Shown piece by piece: positions 28,501 through 42,900 of a stretch of 64,000 nt of DNA. The notes under the pieces were generated by a model, which was not told where the DNA came from, ran no database searches, and saw only the letters and a list, made by a program, of their open reading frames with translations. The stretch spans positions 301,901-365,900 of the forward strand of contig NMRA01000095.1 in NCBI GenBank assembly GCA_002633005.1. Direction: 5' to 3'. Origin of the DNA: Phoronis australis (Eukaryota; Animalia; Phoronida). Each line of letters opens with the position of its first letter. Position 1 is the first letter of the stretch. The translations under genes and the position numbers were made by a program.

Positions 28501-31500
28501 AAGTATAGGGTGCCTGCGAAAAGTTCATGTTATGTTCCGTCCATTGCGATAATGAGGGAAAAAGGTAAACTAGTCCCGCAAGCATTGTAATTGTGTGGAA
28601 GACAAGAGACTCGTTGTGAGGCTGGAAACCTCTTTTGACAATATAAATACCACGAAGAAGTCTAATACGAACTGTTAAAGAACAATCCTGATTTCTGGAA
28701 TGCGGCCAACCATTACAATGTATGTTGTGCTTATCGTTATTTTTATTTCATACCAATGTTGTCAGCGTTCACTATAAAATTGTACACTGGGTACTCACTG
28801 ACACATTTCCCATGATAACAATAGTTACTGAACTGGGAAATATCCGACATTGAGCCTCTTTAGACTCTCTTGAGTATCCCAGTGCGTCTTGAGTCTAGTC
28901 AGGTTTAACTGGAGTCTTTTTCAAACACGTGACATGTCCCGGGCTTTAGTAGCGGACCAATATATAATGTGAAAGGAAAGTGCTCGATGACACACTTGAA
29001 GCTGACTACGAAGCCAAGTGCATGTAACGAGTCTTGATCATTTCAGGTAAGTGGTTTTATTTAAGTGTGAAATGGTCCTCATCAAAAGCGTTTAGTGAAC
29101 TATTGGTTTCTGTCTGGCTTACAAAAATAATAAAATATTAAATACTTATCAATGGGGTTATGCAATTGATTGAAGTTATATTTTATTTTAATGGATAAAA
29201 ACTAATGAGATATTTCTAACATAATAAATGAAGCAAACGAATGCATCACAAATGATTGGTTTGAAGATTTTAATTCAAGGCAGATACTAACATTCAAGAC
29301 CCGTGTCTAATTTACAAGCCGTTATCGATGGTAAACGCCACGTGCTATAGCGGAGTCCACAAAAACGCCCTGACGTTCTGCGCATTTAACTGTTGCCCAG
29401 CTTCATTACGTCAACAGAAAGAGTAGTTTCAAAAATAAATGATCAAGGACGCATAACATATAACTACACTGGCGGAATTAGTTCGTAAACAAACGTTTGG
29501 CCGTGCACTCGCCAAGCCTTTATCCAGGATTTCGAAAATAGGGTGTCCAAAATGGGCTTCCCAATATTCCAGGGCGTCTATGATTCCGACGTGTAAACCA
29601 CCCCACCCCCGGCAACCCCCCCAAACACTAGTATTTGAAGCCACTTTCACTCCATATCTTCAATAGAGTCTCAGATAACGCGTGAGGGTCAATAATATTG
29701 GACCCACGGTGAGTCTAGGTAGGCAAAGGGTAAACGTAGCTGGCCCAGGATGAGTCTAACTGGGCCTAGTGTGAGTCTGTTGAAGCATGGTACTACTAAA
29801 AGTGAGATGAAGGACATACAGCATTACTTTATAAAAGGTCTAAAGAAAATGAAAACAGTTGACCTAGAAGGCCAGTGTGGGTTACTACGATAGGTGATTG
29901 ACGTTCTAGAGAGTGGCAAAATATACCACATGACAAAAACATTCTTTGTCTCCTTTTTCAAGGAATTTGACTCCCAAATATGAAGAATTGACGATACTTC
30001 CACTTTGGATATACTGAACAATGATATTTTATCACAGTTTGCTAAAGCATAAAATATTAAATAACGAAACACAATTACACGTTTTAAGAGGACGAATGTA
30101 GAAACACCAGTGTGAAACAGCTTACGTACAAACGAGTAGCAAGTTGACTAAAGTATGTTTATGTCTCCAGTGGACTCTACATCCGTAGTCACCTCCTGAG
30201 CTAGACTCTAGAGTAGGCTCAATGTGAATCTCTTGGAACGTCACGTCACATACTTATTTAGTGGCTAAACCAATCACAATACGGCGGCGGGATTGACAAT
30301 CACGTCATTACTCAGTGAGTATGAACTGAAATAGTAGCAAATGGTTTGTGAAAGGGAACGGAATCGGATGCAGTGTTCACTTCTGGTGGGTTTTCTTCTG
30401 CTTTTGTATTTTGTATTGATAAAACGAGATTCAGATTAATTTTAGAAGACCAGAGGTCAAATCAACCAGTGCACACTTTTAACATTGTGAATAAACTGGT
30501 ACTTTAAACATTCCGAGCCCAGGCATATGGGAATGTCTTTTAAACTGAGTTAATAATACATGTATGTTAAAAAGTTCTAGGAAACAATTTATGGAAACGA
30601 CACATCTGAATGAACAGTCTTTGCAGTAGTCATGTCATACCTGTGTATTGCGGGATATAAGATGGTGATACAGCTAATCGTCCAGGTATCTCATACATAC
30701 TGTGCGATATAAGGTTAAAGTTCCGCGGAACAATTGACATGCTTATGGGAATAAATAATACCGTGTCTCCGCTCACAACACACGTTACCATTGGAACAGT
30801 TACGTAGTATACATGTACAAGTGAGCTTGTGTTTTGAGAATAAGGCAAACTCGCAGTCACCCCTTCAGCATTGATATATAAAGCAAAGTCGTTTACGTCG
30901 AACTGTGTTATTTTCATTAAGCAATGATAAAGAATGAAATTAATGATTTTCAAGTTTTTGAGCCCGACCGGTTGACTAATAGGAATGCACGTGATAACTA
31001 TATCATTCATTAAGTTTGATGCCTCAAGGTTTAAATTTCATGAGCCTCACATTGAGTCTACCCAGCGTCAAGAGGAGCGTCGACTATGAAGTATACATGA
31101 ACAAAACATTCAAACTCTCTTGTATTTTGATCACTGTCTCTAAGAACAAATTTGGGAAGTTCTGGTGTCGTAATTATAATATAGTCCATTCATTGCTGTA
31201 TTATATGTATTGCCATTATACAAAAGGAATGTAGAGTCATCTAACACACTCATAATAATTAGCATGCAATTGAAGATTCGCTGTCAGGCTTCACCTACCT
31301 TCAACTACATTGTTCATCATGCATTAGAAGACTCGTTTAGAGTCTGCTTCAACTCACTATTTCAACCCAACAGATGATTTATCAGGGCCGTTATCCAAAA
31401 TGAGGTTTCAAGATCTGCGACCACTTTGTTTCATAATGAATTCGAAGGTACTCATCATGAGTCTCATTAAACTCAGTACTTCAACAAAATACATGTACTT

Positions 31501-32030
31501 TTAATCAGTGCTCCTTAACAATGTAGCTCCGACCATCAGCATTCTTCATTGTTGTTATCTTTTCTTTAATTTATTTTCACTTGCGTCTCAACAGTTTGAG
31601 ATGTGACACCGTCATGTAGTTGACAAACGTACGTTGGTGTTTTGTGAAAATAGACTTTACGGAGTCGATTTGGGACCACTGTAGAAATACCAATAGCGTG
31701 CCAAAATTTACCGGGTCTCAGATATTCCCATGCGTCATCTCTTCAGCAGTGATGAAGAAATCGAAGACGTTTACTTCGAACTGCTTTATTTTCTTTCAGC
31801 AATGACCCCTCGATTCTATATTTCGTGTTAATAAGGAATGCACGTGACATCTATACAATTCATTATATTTGCGGCTTCAAGGTTTTGTTTCACGAGCCTA
31901 AGATTGAGTCTACCCGGCAGCGTCAAAAGGAGCGTCGACTGTGAAGTAAACATGCAACAAAACATTCAAACTCTCTTGTATTTTGATCACTGTCTTCAAG
32001 AACAACTTTTGGAAGTTCAGGTGACGTAAT
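25555..32030 (+). promoter_or_regulatory. Array of diverged duplicated non-coding modules (A-B-C-B-A-C-B-D-D) with promoter motifs and splice donors
   Basis: Approximate coordinates: A 25555-26030, 28850-29320; B 26180-27150, 27862-28640, 30105-30650; C 27415-27660, 29662-29930; D 30982-31175, 31835-32030. Duplication is directly visible; promoter function is inferred from CCAAT, CACGTG, TCACGTCA, TATAAAAG and GT(A/G)AGT. Confidence 0.5.
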
Positions 32031-33991
32031 ATATTCAGTTGAGTTGAGCTTATTACGCTCTATTTAGTCATCAACAAGTATAAAGTGAACTTGTCAATTT
32101 AAGACTGCTGGACTCTACAGTCTCTCGTTGTGTACGTTTTAACGGCTTACATTGTTTGATTTTTATACACTGTCTACAGTAATGAGAACACGGGAGTGCC
32201 TTTCGACTGATCACGACTCAGATTCGGTGGGCAGAAATTTTATTACTGCATGCACATACATGTACAGTGTGCAACGTAGTGGTTCATCAATTGAAAAACA
32301 GAGGAATAAACTCTAGCGTCCGCTACTCCAATTGTTCGAATAGTTTAAGTATACAAAATGATTTTAGCTTATGGACACCGGCTGGAATCGTATGTCATCC
32401 CTTTTGTCATCTGCGACCACTGACATTGCCACGGATTCTTCTTCGAGCGGGGAATATACATGTATGGAAAATGACGTCCTTTTCCATCCATTGCTATTTC
32501 AAAAGTTTACTCTTTTCGTCAGGCATAGTACGTCTCAGCTTACAGTACAATTGTGGAAATTTGAAACATAGTAGTAGTAAATGTGTTGAAAGGTTGCATT
32601 TACTCCTTGCTCGGAAAGTCCCGTCCGCATTACAAGGGACTTGTAGGTGGCGCTAAACGCATGCACGCTTATTAGACCTGATCGCTGTGTGGCGGAACAG
32701 TGAATTTCGAAACGACAAGGCTTTTTCGAAAGTCATCTACTACAGTAAGTCTAGCGGATTAAATCAATCAAATACAGTTTGTCCAATATAATAGAAACAC
32801 CTGTATTTCAAAAAGTCTTATTGTAATTAGAAAATGTTATTCCAAAATATACGCAATCAAGACAGAAAATTGAAATTTAGCAGAACAATACTTAAAAAGT
32901 CAGGAAGCCTAAAAGCTAAAAACAATATAAACGTCTAGATCGCTGTCTCTCGTGAGTTTGGAGGCCGACTGCAGAGTCATTTTATCAGAATGAGTATCCA
33001 ATAGGCATAGACATTGTGAAAAGTCTTCTCCTAAAATAAATCTAATGACAATCTGTACATAGTTGCCAATATCCTAAAACGAAAAAGCCGCAATGGTCAT
33101 CCGAACATACGGAAACAGCCATATGCACGGCGTTTTTATCTTTGCTGTAATGCCCGTCGTATAGAGTGAATGGAGCAAACAACCTGGTGGACATGTGTAA
33201 CTATGTAATGACAAACGACTTGTGGTTTTGGTCGCCCATCGCCGTTTGCAGAATACATGTATATCATCGAAGCCTCAACTTGAAGTGTTATTCTTTCCAA
33301 AAAGCGGGACAGATGCTAACGGTGTTATTGCAGACTCTTTTTCTGAGAATATGTTTAGCTAGTTAGGAGAAACGTTGCTTGGTTGAGATCACCGCATACA
33401 ACTAAAGTCGACCTATCACTAGGGAACTAGGAGACATTCACTATAAGCTACTCATTGTTGATGCTTAGACGTCGGACGCACATCTCGTGAAACGATGAGG
33501 CTTAATCAGGAAACAGAAACGCATATTTTGCGATTCAGTCCCACATTAAACAAATATTGCCGCCTCAGTACATTGAGAGCCAGTTTTCTCTACTAAATAA
33601 CGAGCATCAAGGTGGTTCTCATACAGGCACTATTATGCGAATTTTTTAATCGCTACTTCATGATTTTTGGAAAAACCGAACAGCCAAACCGTTGAAACCG
33701 ATGTAGAGCCTGACAATGTGACCAATGGGGGCTGTGTATAGCACAACCGATTATATCCATTCTTCAATTCATTTTTAGAAGCCTATAATGTACTCACACA
33801 CTAAATGATTACAGGCATACGACCGCTGTAAACACACTATCCGAACGGATAGTTGAAGGTATACAATGGACATGCAAACTCATACTCTCCAACTCAATAG
33901 TTACAGGCTTACAATCTGCATGTATTCTCCAACTGAATCGTTACTGTTTAGTTACTGTATCTACACACACTTCTTTTCTTTGTTTTCACAG

Positions 33992-34298
33992 TGGATTTGA
34001 GCATCTGAAGATGACGGACAGACGGCAGCCCATGATATTGCTAGACGAGTTCGAGATTATTATCTCGAAGCTACGAGAGAAGGGCTTGACCACATGCATT
34101 GATCATGAGCAACTACACCGTATAATGAGAAGATTGCGACATCAATATGGATCGGCAGTGCCAAACAACGTCGTAAACTTAACACAGGGACGAATTTCCC
34201 GGTGCTGTAAGTTTGCCTGGGACTCTGGATCAATGTACAAATTTTGCAAATCTTGGAATATCGTTCTTCAGAAATTGGTCGTTGTGTTCACATACTAA
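33992..34298 (+). CDS. Putative exon containing a start codon (ATG 34011), unknown protein; 3' part may be an inserted repeat
   Basis: Strong acceptor ttcttttctttgttttcacAG (33990-33991); MTDRRQPMILLDEFEIIISKLREKGLTTCIDHEQLHRIMRRLRHQYG looks helical and protein-like; no family recognised. Confidence 0.4.
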
Positions 34299-36549
34299 AC
34301 TTGAAGCACTGCTCCCAAAAAATCGATTAGGAATTGTTCTTGCTTGCATACAGGGAAACCAAAAATATTGTTTTGTGAGTTTCATGAAAAATGGAAGGTT
34401 CCAGGAAACTGTACCGGCTTTTTTGGGATTACGAAATTGAGTCTTGTTATTTAAGCCAAAACATGTAGGTTTTTATAGGTGCACCTTTGTTTTTTGCTAA
34501 ACTTCAGTTACACGACCTACTTGACCCAATTGATGGCAGATTGGAATTGCGTCTGGCCTTTTTCAGAAAATGTTTTTTTTTTCACAGAGTTAATATATAC
34601 TTCGTTTGATCGTCAATTGAAAGTGCTGTCTTTACGGTACAGATAAGTAGTACCAAATGAACAGATTTAGAACGTGTCACTTGACAAGCACAAAATTCAT
34701 TACGCATTGATTAAAGCACGTTTTGCTCACTCAAATGTTGTATGAACACACGCTGTAATTGAAATATGTTCCTGCAGGCCCGCCACACTATGCACAGCGA
34801 ACAGAAGGTGGACGACTTATAGCTCAAGCAACAGACTTTTGCGGTGAGAAAGCATTTGCAAAGTTCGGACTTATAAATAACATTTTGAAGTATAAATATT
34901 ACACTCATCAATGTGAATATTTCGATTGACTGTCAGGGTCTCATTATATGAACGAAAACGATGACCAACCTTTTTTCTCAAAAACAAATTTTTTGAAGAT
35001 GGTCGCCGTAACTTTCACAAATGATTTGCTTAGTGTGAAAATTATATTTTTTCCTTTAATATACTAACTACGAAACTGTGTCTGCGATTTTTAATACCTT
35101 GACCCTGACAGCTGTCAAAAATCAAGATCCGTTTTTTAAGGAATTTTGACACCTTCATTTTTTACAAAATAAATAATCGTAATGCTTGAAATTGCGGTGC
35201 CATTTCCCGTGGTAAACAAGCATACCTGACGTCCAAATTTGGCAAAGTTACTGAGGAACATCGTGTTTCAGAAAATGCAGATTGGGTTTATATGAAACGT
35301 CTCTACATTTTGCGTGCCACTTGGCACGCCTTTTTCCATGGAGGATTATTATTCAATTTCAGGGTCACAGCTCTACAAATAAATATTTCACAGAAGGAAC
35401 CAGATGGGTTCCTTAATTACAATAGATAACACACACATTTCCGATACCCAAAGTACAATTGAGTATCGGAAGAAGTATAAAATTGGATAATTAGGAAAAC
35501 TTACGAGTGAACGTACTGTTGCTTGTGGCTGGGCCAACAGGAAGCTGGAGAGAAAGACCAAACAGCGCTACCATCGGACTTGGTAGGAACTAACTAGGAG
35601 TTGGATATGAAGCATGAAGGGCTGCCTAATGTTATTTGCCCAAATAATAGGATTTATGTCAGAGTGCCATCAATCTCATTAAAAATAGTTTTATTTATTA
35701 TTTTTATGAAACATGTGAAATTGCATGAAAACAGCATGATAAATCCGAAATCTGGAGTGGTCTTTCTAAGGTTCCAGTTTGAATATTTGTATCAAACGAA
35801 ATTTGGTCATGTTATTCATGCCGTTAGATTGGTGGATCGTTTATTTTTTCTAATTTTCACTCAAACCACATGTACATTCTCTTCGGAATCCTTCATTCTA
35901 TTACTACAAATATGTTTCTGCAGTCGTTTTACAAGCGTATTACCCTGAGAATTGCCAAAAATAGACTAATGTCTTTTTTGAACGAATTCTGACGCCAGCG
36001 TTTTTGAAAAACAGCCATGTTTGAATACTACGGCGAAGTCTGTGAAAAGATAATATTTAACAAAAAAGTTATTATGTTTGTTCTCATGATAACATTTTGG
36101 GAGCATCAAGGATTTTAAAAATAAAACTACATGGGTTTATGTTAAATACTAATGAGGCTGTTTAAATTTTTGATCCTCAGTAACGAAGGTAAAATTTAGT
36201 TTAATGTTATTTTTCAAAAAAGGCAAATGCAGCACAGCTGGGCGTTGGTTGGCAATGACTTTCGGGTATTGGAATTACAACTCAGCTGTAGCCTCCTAAG
36301 ATTTTATTAACAGTATGTGAACAGGGAAGACGGCGTTCCAGGGAGCTTGTCATGTGCTTAACTATGTACTGCACCGCCTTGACGTGCAATATACACGGGC
36401 ATCATTAATTGTTAGTTGAAACCATGTCAAATGTTAGAAATTATCCGCGTCAATTCATGCTCGTGTTATTTGTAGGTGTCAGCTTGAGAGGCAGACTAGT
36501 CACCACGGACAGTCAGCCTATATATTGCCAGGCAGACTGGTGACACTGC

Positions 36550-36565
36550 GAGCCACCTAGTGGCA
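36550..36565 (-). promoter_or_regulatory. CTCF-type motif
   Basis: Minus strand TGCCACTAGGTGGCTC matches the CCASYAGRKGGC core; a second match GGCCACTAGATGGCAC at 59713-59728. Confidence 0.4.
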
Positions 36566-38042
36566 GGCGAAGGTAATATAATCGTCAAACGAATAAGTAT
36601 TTCAGATAATCATCACTAGCATATTGTTCAAAATGATTGCATGTCGCTGACAAGTCATCGGAGGTCAAGCAACAGTCCGTGGAATCTATATAATTAGCTT
36701 AGAATTAGTGTGTTTAAAATCAATATGAAGTCATGAAACTAGTCTTTGAACTTGGAATAGCTGATCAAAGAAATTTAAAATACAAAACCAAAGCTAGGTC
36801 ACCTAGGCCAAACCAATTGTTTTAACGTATTCCTGACTAGTCAAAGAATACCGTCACGAATAATATCCATAGCTTGTGATTCGAAACGATTTAGAAAATC
36901 AAGAAACCCATTATTTCCACCAATATTTGACCGAGTCAAATCGAATGCAGGTTATTTCGTAGTCAAATGAATGTTTAAAAAGACGTCGTACTGGCAGGTG
37001 CATTTTAAGTCGGAATCGCCAAACTCCTGTAAATATCAGTATAAATTGTATACATGTTCGCCAGTTTAAAATGAAACTTAACCTGATCACTATACTAATA
37101 TACGGCGTTTTTCCACCAGTTCAGACTGCAGTTGAACAGGAGGTTTATTGCAAGGGGTAACACGTGCGCCAGGAAGTTATGCTAAATATACTGGACATTC
37201 CAGAGAGTAACAGTTGGACAAAAGCTTCACTGTATGTCAAGCGGCCTGTTGACAAAGACGATGTATATAGCAACCTTTGCTCTCGCTCCCGTTTATGCAA
37301 AAAGTGATTTTAACGGTGTTAGTAGTATAAGTGATATGTGCCATATACGTTTGTAAACAGGAGTGTGGGCTGTGAATGGTCTGTATGTGTATAAGACCAA
37401 TATCGTTACAGTATATAAGATATATATGTACCAATTAACGCATTGCAGAATTCTCTGGACAAGACCTTATTTAGTATACAATTTAGTATTTTTCCAACCT
37501 CGTTTATTTGTGAAGTCTGTTTCAAATGAAAAGGTGTCATATTTGTGTTTATGACCAATTTTGATACTGCAGTGCAAGGGACTGCGCGTTTTGTTAATTT
37601 TGCGTAAACCAATTGCCTCATGTTAATCATATTAAACTTATTAGCCCTAAATGCATACGCGATTTAACTTACATTCAATAAAACTTGACGCCCTGTTCGC
37701 CAAGTTCAAATCATGCCAACATATAAGGTTGCTGGGCTGTGTGGAAGGTTGGGATAACTTCCCCCCATGAATCGGGCTACTGTACATCATAGGGCCAGCC
37801 ACGCAACATAGCCGGTCCCAGTACCTTGAAGTAACACATTTTTTCCTGTTTCAGCCACGCATGCTTGGCGAACTGCAGATTTAAGCTCACTAGCGACAGG
37901 TTGTGTATAAGGTGGACGTTTAGTCCACGAACACCTGGATTCACTGAATAACTTTTAAACCCTGCGACTGCAGTTTAGAGGGTGAACTTCCTCCTGAACT
38001 ATTTCCATTAACATTCACGGTCACAGACCCAAACTAGAGTCT

Positions 38043-38540
38043 NNNNNNNNNNNNNNNNNNNNNNNNNNNNNNNNNNNNNNNNNNNNNNNNNNNNNNNNNN
38101 NNNNNNNNNNNNNNNNNNNNNNNNNNNNNNNNNNNNNNNNNNNNNNNNNNNNNNNNNNNNNNNNNNNNNNNNNNNNNNNNNNNNNNNNNNNNNNNNNNNN
38201 NNNNNNNNNNNNNNNNNNNNNNNNNNNNNNNNNNNNNNNNNNNNNNNNNNNNNNNNNNNNNNNNNNNNNNNNNNNNNNNNNNNNNNNNNNNNNNNNNNNN
38301 NNNNNNNNNNNNNNNNNNNNNNNNNNNNNNNNNNNNNNNNNNNNNNNNNNNNNNNNNNNNNNNNNNNNNNNNNNNNNNNNNNNNNNNNNNNNNNNNNNNN
38401 NNNNNNNNNNNNNNNNNNNNNNNNNNNNNNNNNNNNNNNNNNNNNNNNNNNNNNNNNNNNNNNNNNNNNNNNNNNNNNNNNNNNNNNNNNNNNNNNNNNN
38501 NNNNNNNNNNNNNNNNNNNNNNNNNNNNNNNNNNNNNNNN
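38043..38540. other. Assembly gap (498 N)
   Basis: Run of N. Confidence 1.
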
Positions 38541-39409
38541 CTACTTTCTATGTCAGAGGCCCGGGGTCGGAGGTCGTGACCTTTTAAGAAAAGCCCGGCT
38601 ATTTTTGTCAAATAATGCTTTTACTCAAAACCAATTGAAAACTTAAATATTATAGAAATAAATTGAATTTATAAATTAAGGTTTACCAACTATTATAGCT
38701 TAAAACACGTTTTTTTCACGCTAAGCTTCGACCGGGAAATTATCGTCTGCTAAAGTAGGTTACCACTGGTAACTGACTATAATTCTCAAGTCAAAGATCC
38801 TGACGAGACGATACCCGCATTCAAACTAGAGATCGGTGATTTAAAAGTGAGAGGACATGAGAGAAAAATTTCACCGAATTAAGATATCATTTGTATGGAA
38901 ATTATGTGTCTTATTTTTCGTAGCGTATAAGTACAGTACAATGTGGTTTGTTGAACGTGGGATTATTGCGCGTGCTCATTTAAGTATTTTATTTTCACTC
39001 TTGATGACGTCAGTCGCTGCTTGGTGTAGTGGTAAAGTTTGACGCTAATATTGTGGTATATTGCATGTTATTTCAGAACTTCGAATGAGCTGACAGTTCG
39101 TCGTTTTTTCCTCACACTAACTACAACAATCCAGGTCAAATCTTAAAACAGGGAATTTTAAGAACGGAACTTGTTTTTGAACGAGAAATGTTGTTTAATA
39201 AAGTTTGAAGGAGACTGCTCGGCTGAGATAAGATCTGAATTTTAAAGTATGGATAATAATGTCCAAGCTAAGTATGTATGATACTGTCCAGTCTAAGTAT
39301 GCATAATAATGCCCAGTCTACACATTCAAATGGCACTTACAAGTTTGGTAAAGTGCGATATTGTTCAGGGGCAAGACGACTTTATACTATAGGAGACTTA
39401 CGTCTACAT

Positions 39410-39900
39410 ACCTAGAGTTTGATCACTAACAGTAGGTAACTACCAATCCACATGCAGCACGTGAACACGTGCAATCACTATTGAGCGATAACTACAAATA
39501 GTAACACAAGTACTAATTAAACAATTGAATATATGCACACACAATCGCATGCAGCACATGCGCACAGTCACGTTGCAACACCAACAACAAGACATCAACA
39601 ACAACGTCAACAACAACAACGACAATAACAACAACAACAGTAACAACAACAACATCCTAGAGTTTGATCACTAAAGTATGTAACAACCAGTAACCCACAT
39701 AGCACGTGAACACGCGCCATCACTACTGAGCGGCAACAACAAAGATCAACACAAGTACTATCCAAATTTTTGAATATACGCAAACATACGCACACGCACA
39801 ATCTCGTGACAACACCAACAAGAAGACATCAGTGGGGAACCTCAAAAACAACAACAACAGTAACAACAACAGTAACAACAATAAGGTCATCATCAAGAAT
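39410..39900. repeat. Diverged tandem duplication of a unit of about 245 bp ending in (AAC)n
   Basis: cctagagtttgatcactaa...gcacgtgaacacg...acacaagtacta occurs near 39411 and 39656, each followed by an AAC-rich tract. Confidence 0.85.
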
Positions 39901-42900
39901 CCCAACAACAAAACCAAGTGTCAACAAGCATTGCATAAAAAATAAAAACAACTGTAAACTAAACATCTCAACAAGAAAACAGTAACAGAGATTAACATCA
40001 GGAATTGGTTAAAGGGTCATTCAATAATTTCCGTGGAATCTTTATATTAAGCTTGACAGTCAAACAATTTTTCAGGACAACATACAGAACACTCAAGGAA
40101 CTTGTCGCGAACTACACCGAGTGCATTGCTTAAATAGCTGCATGCACCTGCTCAAAATGACATGTAACACATCCCAACAACTGAACACCAACAGATGACA
40201 ATATTACCAGTTATTCTATTCCACCGCCCGAGGTCTTTACTAAACAATGTACACTAACAATGTTTTTTCCAAGACCAGAAATTGCAAGTAATAAACGCGC
40301 AGGGTTTAGTGTTACTGTTATTGCAAAGTGAAATTGTTGGAGTGCACCAATTCGAAAGATTTCTATTTGAGTGTCAAATGACGAAAAGAATCAATAAAAC
40401 TTTGTATGGCAAAACATGTGACGTCTTTAGAAATGGTAAAAAGTTCTTGAACTTCATTGCTGCTGACACCATGGAAAGAAGGACAAAAGAGCGTGAGGGA
40501 TACAACATGAAAAGTCATAATAAAGTTGACATTGCTTATGAAACTACTGATATAATTCAATGGTCATAGAAAAGATTTTTTAAAGTGCCAATAAATGTAT
40601 TATTTGTTCAAGTCAACACAACGGCCCAGGATCTGGTAGAGCTGGAGTGGGAAATACCCACGATGAAGGTACTGGTGTTTACGGCGACATCTATTGTCAA
40701 TGATCAAAACTACTAAACTAAGACCAGAAATGCCTTTGTTTCTGCATACCTGATCCAGCTTTTAACATCCAGGTACGTAGGTATAGGTTAATTATCTTAA
40801 GTTTATAAATCTTCATCAGGTCAGTTTTGCATTCATGTCCATGAATGGCCAAAACGTGATACATACACTTGGCACCAAGGGCACAAAATGATCCTCAACA
40901 TAAAACCTAGGTCCTTACAGAGATAACACTTCAATTTTGATTCCGGAATGCTTTTGGAATGTTATCCTCCCTTCCATTCGACCTGGAAGTCATTTCAATG
41001 TCCGCCGCAATATTTTAATCCGTCAAAAAGATTGGAAACTTCCGCCAACCAGAAATTTCACGGACCAGCACAAATCTTGTATTGCTAATACCCCCATCGA
41101 TGGCGAATATTTTGAAAAGAAAAATTTAACCCATTCTAATTAAAAGTTGCACCAATCACAGTGATTCATTGTACCTGCTGATTGACTCTTTCTAACTTTT
41201 CCATTATATTTCAACCAATGAGTGACGCATTTTCAAGTGCATTGAGAAAAAGGAAATGGAGCCCACGAGCAATTTTGTGCAGGGATGAAGATTTTGCCTG
41301 GTTTTTGTAATGGAACAACCTACCAAGCCACGAATATGGATTAACTATCAGTCCTCAGGCATGCAAAATTCGTTACAGCTAGTGAGTAAAATTTGCGAGA
41401 TAATTCGTGAAAGAAATTTTCAGAGTCCGTGGCTTTTAGCGGGTCCGTTGCGTTGGGCGAAACAGATTCATTTTTTATTTAGACTTGATCAGAAGCAGAT
41501 TGATTAATGAGAGGTACACGACTGTACACGTACATACGATTCGTCAATTATTGCACATAATGTCGAAGTGAGAGCCCAAATATACGACCAAAGCTGCCTC
41601 ATAAACAGCACCATCCCATTTGACTTCACTGAAACTCGGGCTATCTTAGTATCGGCGTAAAAATGGAATCACATCGGCCGTCAAAATTGAACATATTATT
41701 GCCACAATACTTGAAGTATTAACATTTACTACTGATTTCGCAAAATAGAACGGGATCTCCATCCTCTTCTCTAATCGAATAATCTCTTCACCAGTACTCT
41801 GTCAATGCAAACATTCTATTGAAGACCAATGGCATAACGTAGTTTTGTCAGAATATAATCTACGGTTGTTCCTACCCCCCTTCCCTTCACTACGTCATCA
41901 ATAGACCCAAGCTGAAATCCAGTCTGTCCTTCCACAAATGCTGTCTCATTCGCCGTTAGTAATCTCAATAGAACACACTCGCTGAGGGCATTAGGCAGCC
42001 ACCCACCAGCCCGTCCCAGGACATATCGGCACGACTGGATGAGCATCAATAAGTTTGGTTGGACGACGGGATGCGAGACGGGCAGTAGCATTGAGTGAAC
42101 AAGGCTGGGTCGTGTTGTGATCCCGAGCCAGTGACGCAGGCGATAATGTCTCAGCAAAAAAGTGAAAGCCCTGACCTCTTTGGTCTGATTCCAAATTCGT
42201 GGGACAATGGTTCAAAGTTGCATTTCTCGCAACTTTTATTAAATGTGCTGACTTTACACCGGAGATGGTCTCCTACATGTACATGTACGTTGGTCAGCCG
42301 CGCAGTCTAGTCGGCACGTCATTAACGATTCCGAACGCAGCAAAAATTACACAGGCGTTGGGCCTCAAATCATAAAGCATTTTTTCATAGACCGATAAGG
42401 GTTACATGGTGGACCCTCTTCTATTTCAAGATTCATCGTTGCACGTCACAGTCCGGGTATCAATCCCATTCATCATGAGCTAGCGTTTTTATCATCTTTT
42501 GTCAATTTGTGAGCGTTTGCTGAGTTATTCTTATTTTATGTCAACATGTTCTCAATGCACAAGCAGCTGTCGTTTTTTTGTCTATTTTCTCTCCAGTACG
42601 TTTTGCAATTTCATTTTTGTTGTGGAAGGTGGCAGTACCTCTCAGTGAATACGGGTAAGTCAGAATAGACCAGCCAGCCGTTCAATAACCCTAGGACCAC
42701 GTTAAAATTTCCATGTAAGACTTTTTAGGATTGTGTGATATATTACTGCGTATTTTAAATGAGAGGACGTGATTTTCTGCTAGATTTTAGCGAGGTAGTA
42801 GCGCAGGTATTATCGTAACAGAACACTCCCAGATTTAGCCAGTAGGGCGTCCCGTGCCATAGGCCCATGATGCATCTTGTTTGAAGATTTTCTAATTTGC

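Noticed and set aside
39014-39050. tRNA A-box-like TGGTGTAGTGG
   Set aside because: No B-box or cloverleaf; at most a SINE remnant
40282-40760. Coding-looking stretch
   Set aside because: Stops in all frames and no family recognised
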